This document shows, one piece after another, positions 62,499-64,000 of a DNA stretch of 64,000 nucleotides. Position 1 is the first letter of the stretch; the number at the start of each line of letters is the position of its first letter. The translations under genes and the position numbers were made by a program. Below the pieces are notes generated by a model that was not told the DNA's origin, searched no databases, and was given only the letters and a program-made list of their open reading frames with translations. The stretch lies in the NCBI GenBank assembly GCA_965205915.1, contig OZ242191.1, forward strand, positions 100,383-164,382. Direction: 5' to 3'. This DNA is from Dehalococcoidia bacterium (lineage in GTDB: Bacteria > Chloroflexota > Dehalococcoidia > UBA6926).

Positions 62499-64000
62499 CA
62501 AGGCCACTCCCAGCCGAGACTGTCAAAGAGGTCTTCGAGGACGCCGTCGCTGGCGGGAACCTGCTCGACCTCTTCGGGCGGCGGCTCGGGACCCGGTAGT
62601 TCGAGCACAGCGAACGGGGCATCCGCCCAGACAGTCGATGCTAGTTCGATCGTCCCGTCGCGCGAACGGACGTAGGGATCCCGCTCCACAATCTCCGCCG
62701 ACACGTAGGACGCATACGTCACGGGAACCTGGGTGACAATCGAGACCCTCTCACTCGGAATCGATAGGCGGGCCGAGATGCGGTGGTTGGTCGCAGTCCC
62801 ATCGTCATGGAAAATGGTCACCGTCTCGTACACGAGCTTGCTCTTGCCAGGTCGGAGAACGGAGACGATGTGCGCCTGCGGTTCAGTCCGTTCCGGCACC
62901 TCACGCACGCGAACGAGCGGCGGAACTGGGACGGTGAGCGCCCCGCGCAGGTCAAGTTCGATCGAGACGTTGTTGCTGCCTTCAGCGGGGTTGGCAACAA
63001 GGCTAAAGTGCGAGTCGCCGTCAGTTATAAAAGGCACATCAGTCTCGTTCCCGCCGACCTCGATGGTCACGCGACCGGTGATGTCCGTGACCTCGGCCTC
63101 CCTCACCGTCCAGACTCTCACCGGATCGGGGCCGGAGACGGTCTGCAATTCCAGAGTCTCCATGACCTCCCGCTCGCAGCCGGTCGTGACTGTCCCGCTG
63201 ACTGTGGTGCGCGACCACCCCAGCGAGGTGATCTCTGCATCGCAGAGTTCGCCGTCCACCGAGGGAAGCGGATACGGAATCTGGTCGCCTGAGAGGCTGA
63301 AGGCTCCGGCCTGTCCGAGGCTGTCGACCCACGAGAGAGTGACGGACGGGTTGTCGCCGCTGAGCGGCATGTTGAACGTCGCCGTCTCGCTCTCATCGAG
63401 GGATACCATGCCCGCGTAGCGGAGAACTCCCCCGCCCTCGCCCCCATACGCCCGAATTCTCAGGCTGATGTCGGTCGCGGCGCGAACCGCGACATCAACC
63501 CGATCCTGCGACACCGAGACGCCCTCGACGTAGACGCGCCTCCCGAGCACCGGCGGCAGAAACTCAATGTCGACCTCGGAGATTCGGGAGCCGCCCTCAT
63601 CGCCCTCGCCCTGCGCCAACGCGGTCTGCGGGATGACCATGGCAACGCTGAGCAGGGCCAGCGTCACGCCTGCAGCCCATCTGCGGCGGCCGAGGGGCAT
63701 CCTTCCCGCCCGCTTTTCTCGCTTCTGCGGCTTGGACCCCTTGCCATTCCGGCCCTTGGAGCCTCCGCCGCGTTGATCGGGGCGGTCGCCGTTGCGGCGA
63801 TCTCGGCTACGGCACAGCCGCCTAAATCGCCGCTTGCCCTTCTCCTGCACCCGCTCGATGAGTCCCGGCTCGCTTTCGACGGCCATCAGCGGAGCGGGCC
63901 GAACCAACTCTCCCACCTCACCGGAAAATCGACGGGCCCCGAGCCAGTACTTCAGCAGGTCGGCGACCACCAGCGGCAGGCGCCGCCCGCCGATCTGGCC
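62495..64000 (-). CDS. Hypothetical conjugation-module protein (5' end outside window)
   Basis: Frame is open to nt 64000; basic linker, hydrophobic helix ending ALA-QG, beta-rich domain; stop overlaps the pilin GTG. Confidence 0.65.
   Translation of the reverse strand, partial: GQIGGRRLPLVVADLLKYWLGARRFSGEVGELVRPAPLMAVESEPGLIERVQEKGKRRFRRLCRSRDRRNGDRPDQRGGGSKGRNGKGSKPQKREKRAGRMPLGRRRWAAGVTLALLSVAMVIPQTALAQGEGDEGGSRISEVDIEFLPPVLGRRVYVEGVSVSQDRVDVAVRAATDISLRIRAYGGEGGGVLRYAGMVSLDESETATFNMPLSGDNPSVTLSWVDSLGQAGAFSLSGDQIPYPLPSVDGELCDAEITSLGWSRTTVSGTVTTGCEREVMETLELQTVSGPDPVRVWTVREAEVTDITGRVTIEVGGNETDVPFITDGDSHFSLVANPAEGSNNVSIELDLRGALTVPVPPLVRVREVPERTEPQAHIVSVLRPGKSKLVYETVTIFHDDGTATNHRISARLSIPSERVSIVTQVPVTYASYVSAEIVERDPYVRSRDGTIELASTVWADAPFAVLELPGPEPPPEEVEQVPASDGVLEDLFDSLGWEWPW

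Larger units (their letters stand above)
39527..64000. mobile_element. Putative integrative conjugative element / defence island at tRNA-Val (continues beyond window)
   Basis: Begins at the tRNA 3' end; contains defence cargo, a phage-like switch and VirB2/VirB4/VirD4/relaxase-like genes; contains none of the host REP palindromes. Confidence 0.8.

Noticed and set aside
39527-64000. Integrase gene and attR
   Set aside because: No tyrosine or serine recombinase ORF and no second copy of the tRNA-Val 3' end was seen inside the window.

Overview
High-GC bacterial chromosome segment; the short EF-Ts, the xanthine-dehydrogenase-family expansion and the overall gene style suggest Chloroflexota (Dehalococcoidia/SAR202-like), which is inference. 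Part 1 (1-39.5 kb) is host backbone: rpsB-tsf-pyrH-frr-uppS, dtd, hflX, a CtpA-like protease, thiI, malic enzyme, holA, a pseudokinase-PQQ fusion, ychF, a 12-kb minus-strand cluster of molybdenum hydroxylase genes (coxG/S/L/M/L-like) with pyrD/pyrK/carbamoylase/pyrE-like genes, pgi and three tRNAs. About 29 REP-like palindromes (GATTCC..GGAATGAC) occur here, all on the + strand, several expanded into tandem arrays. Between thiI and an NYN RNase gene is an unannotated promoter-structured RNA-terminator unit. Part 2 (39.5 kb to the end) is a REP-free island starting right after tRNA-Val(TAC), probably an integrative conjugative element. Its cargo is type I CBASS (CdnE-like plus Cap15-like), two decayed RM genes, an intact type ISP RM enzyme, several uncharacterised nuclease-fold genes, an ABC-ATPase/REase pair and a PIN gene. 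It also has an XRE/IrrE versus Cro-like switch with a tandem HTH array, a 37-aa peptide gene missed by the ORF track, and a VirB2-VirB4-VirD4-Replic_Relax transfer module. No integrase or attR lies in the window. All family assignments come from motif recognition by eye; no searches were run.
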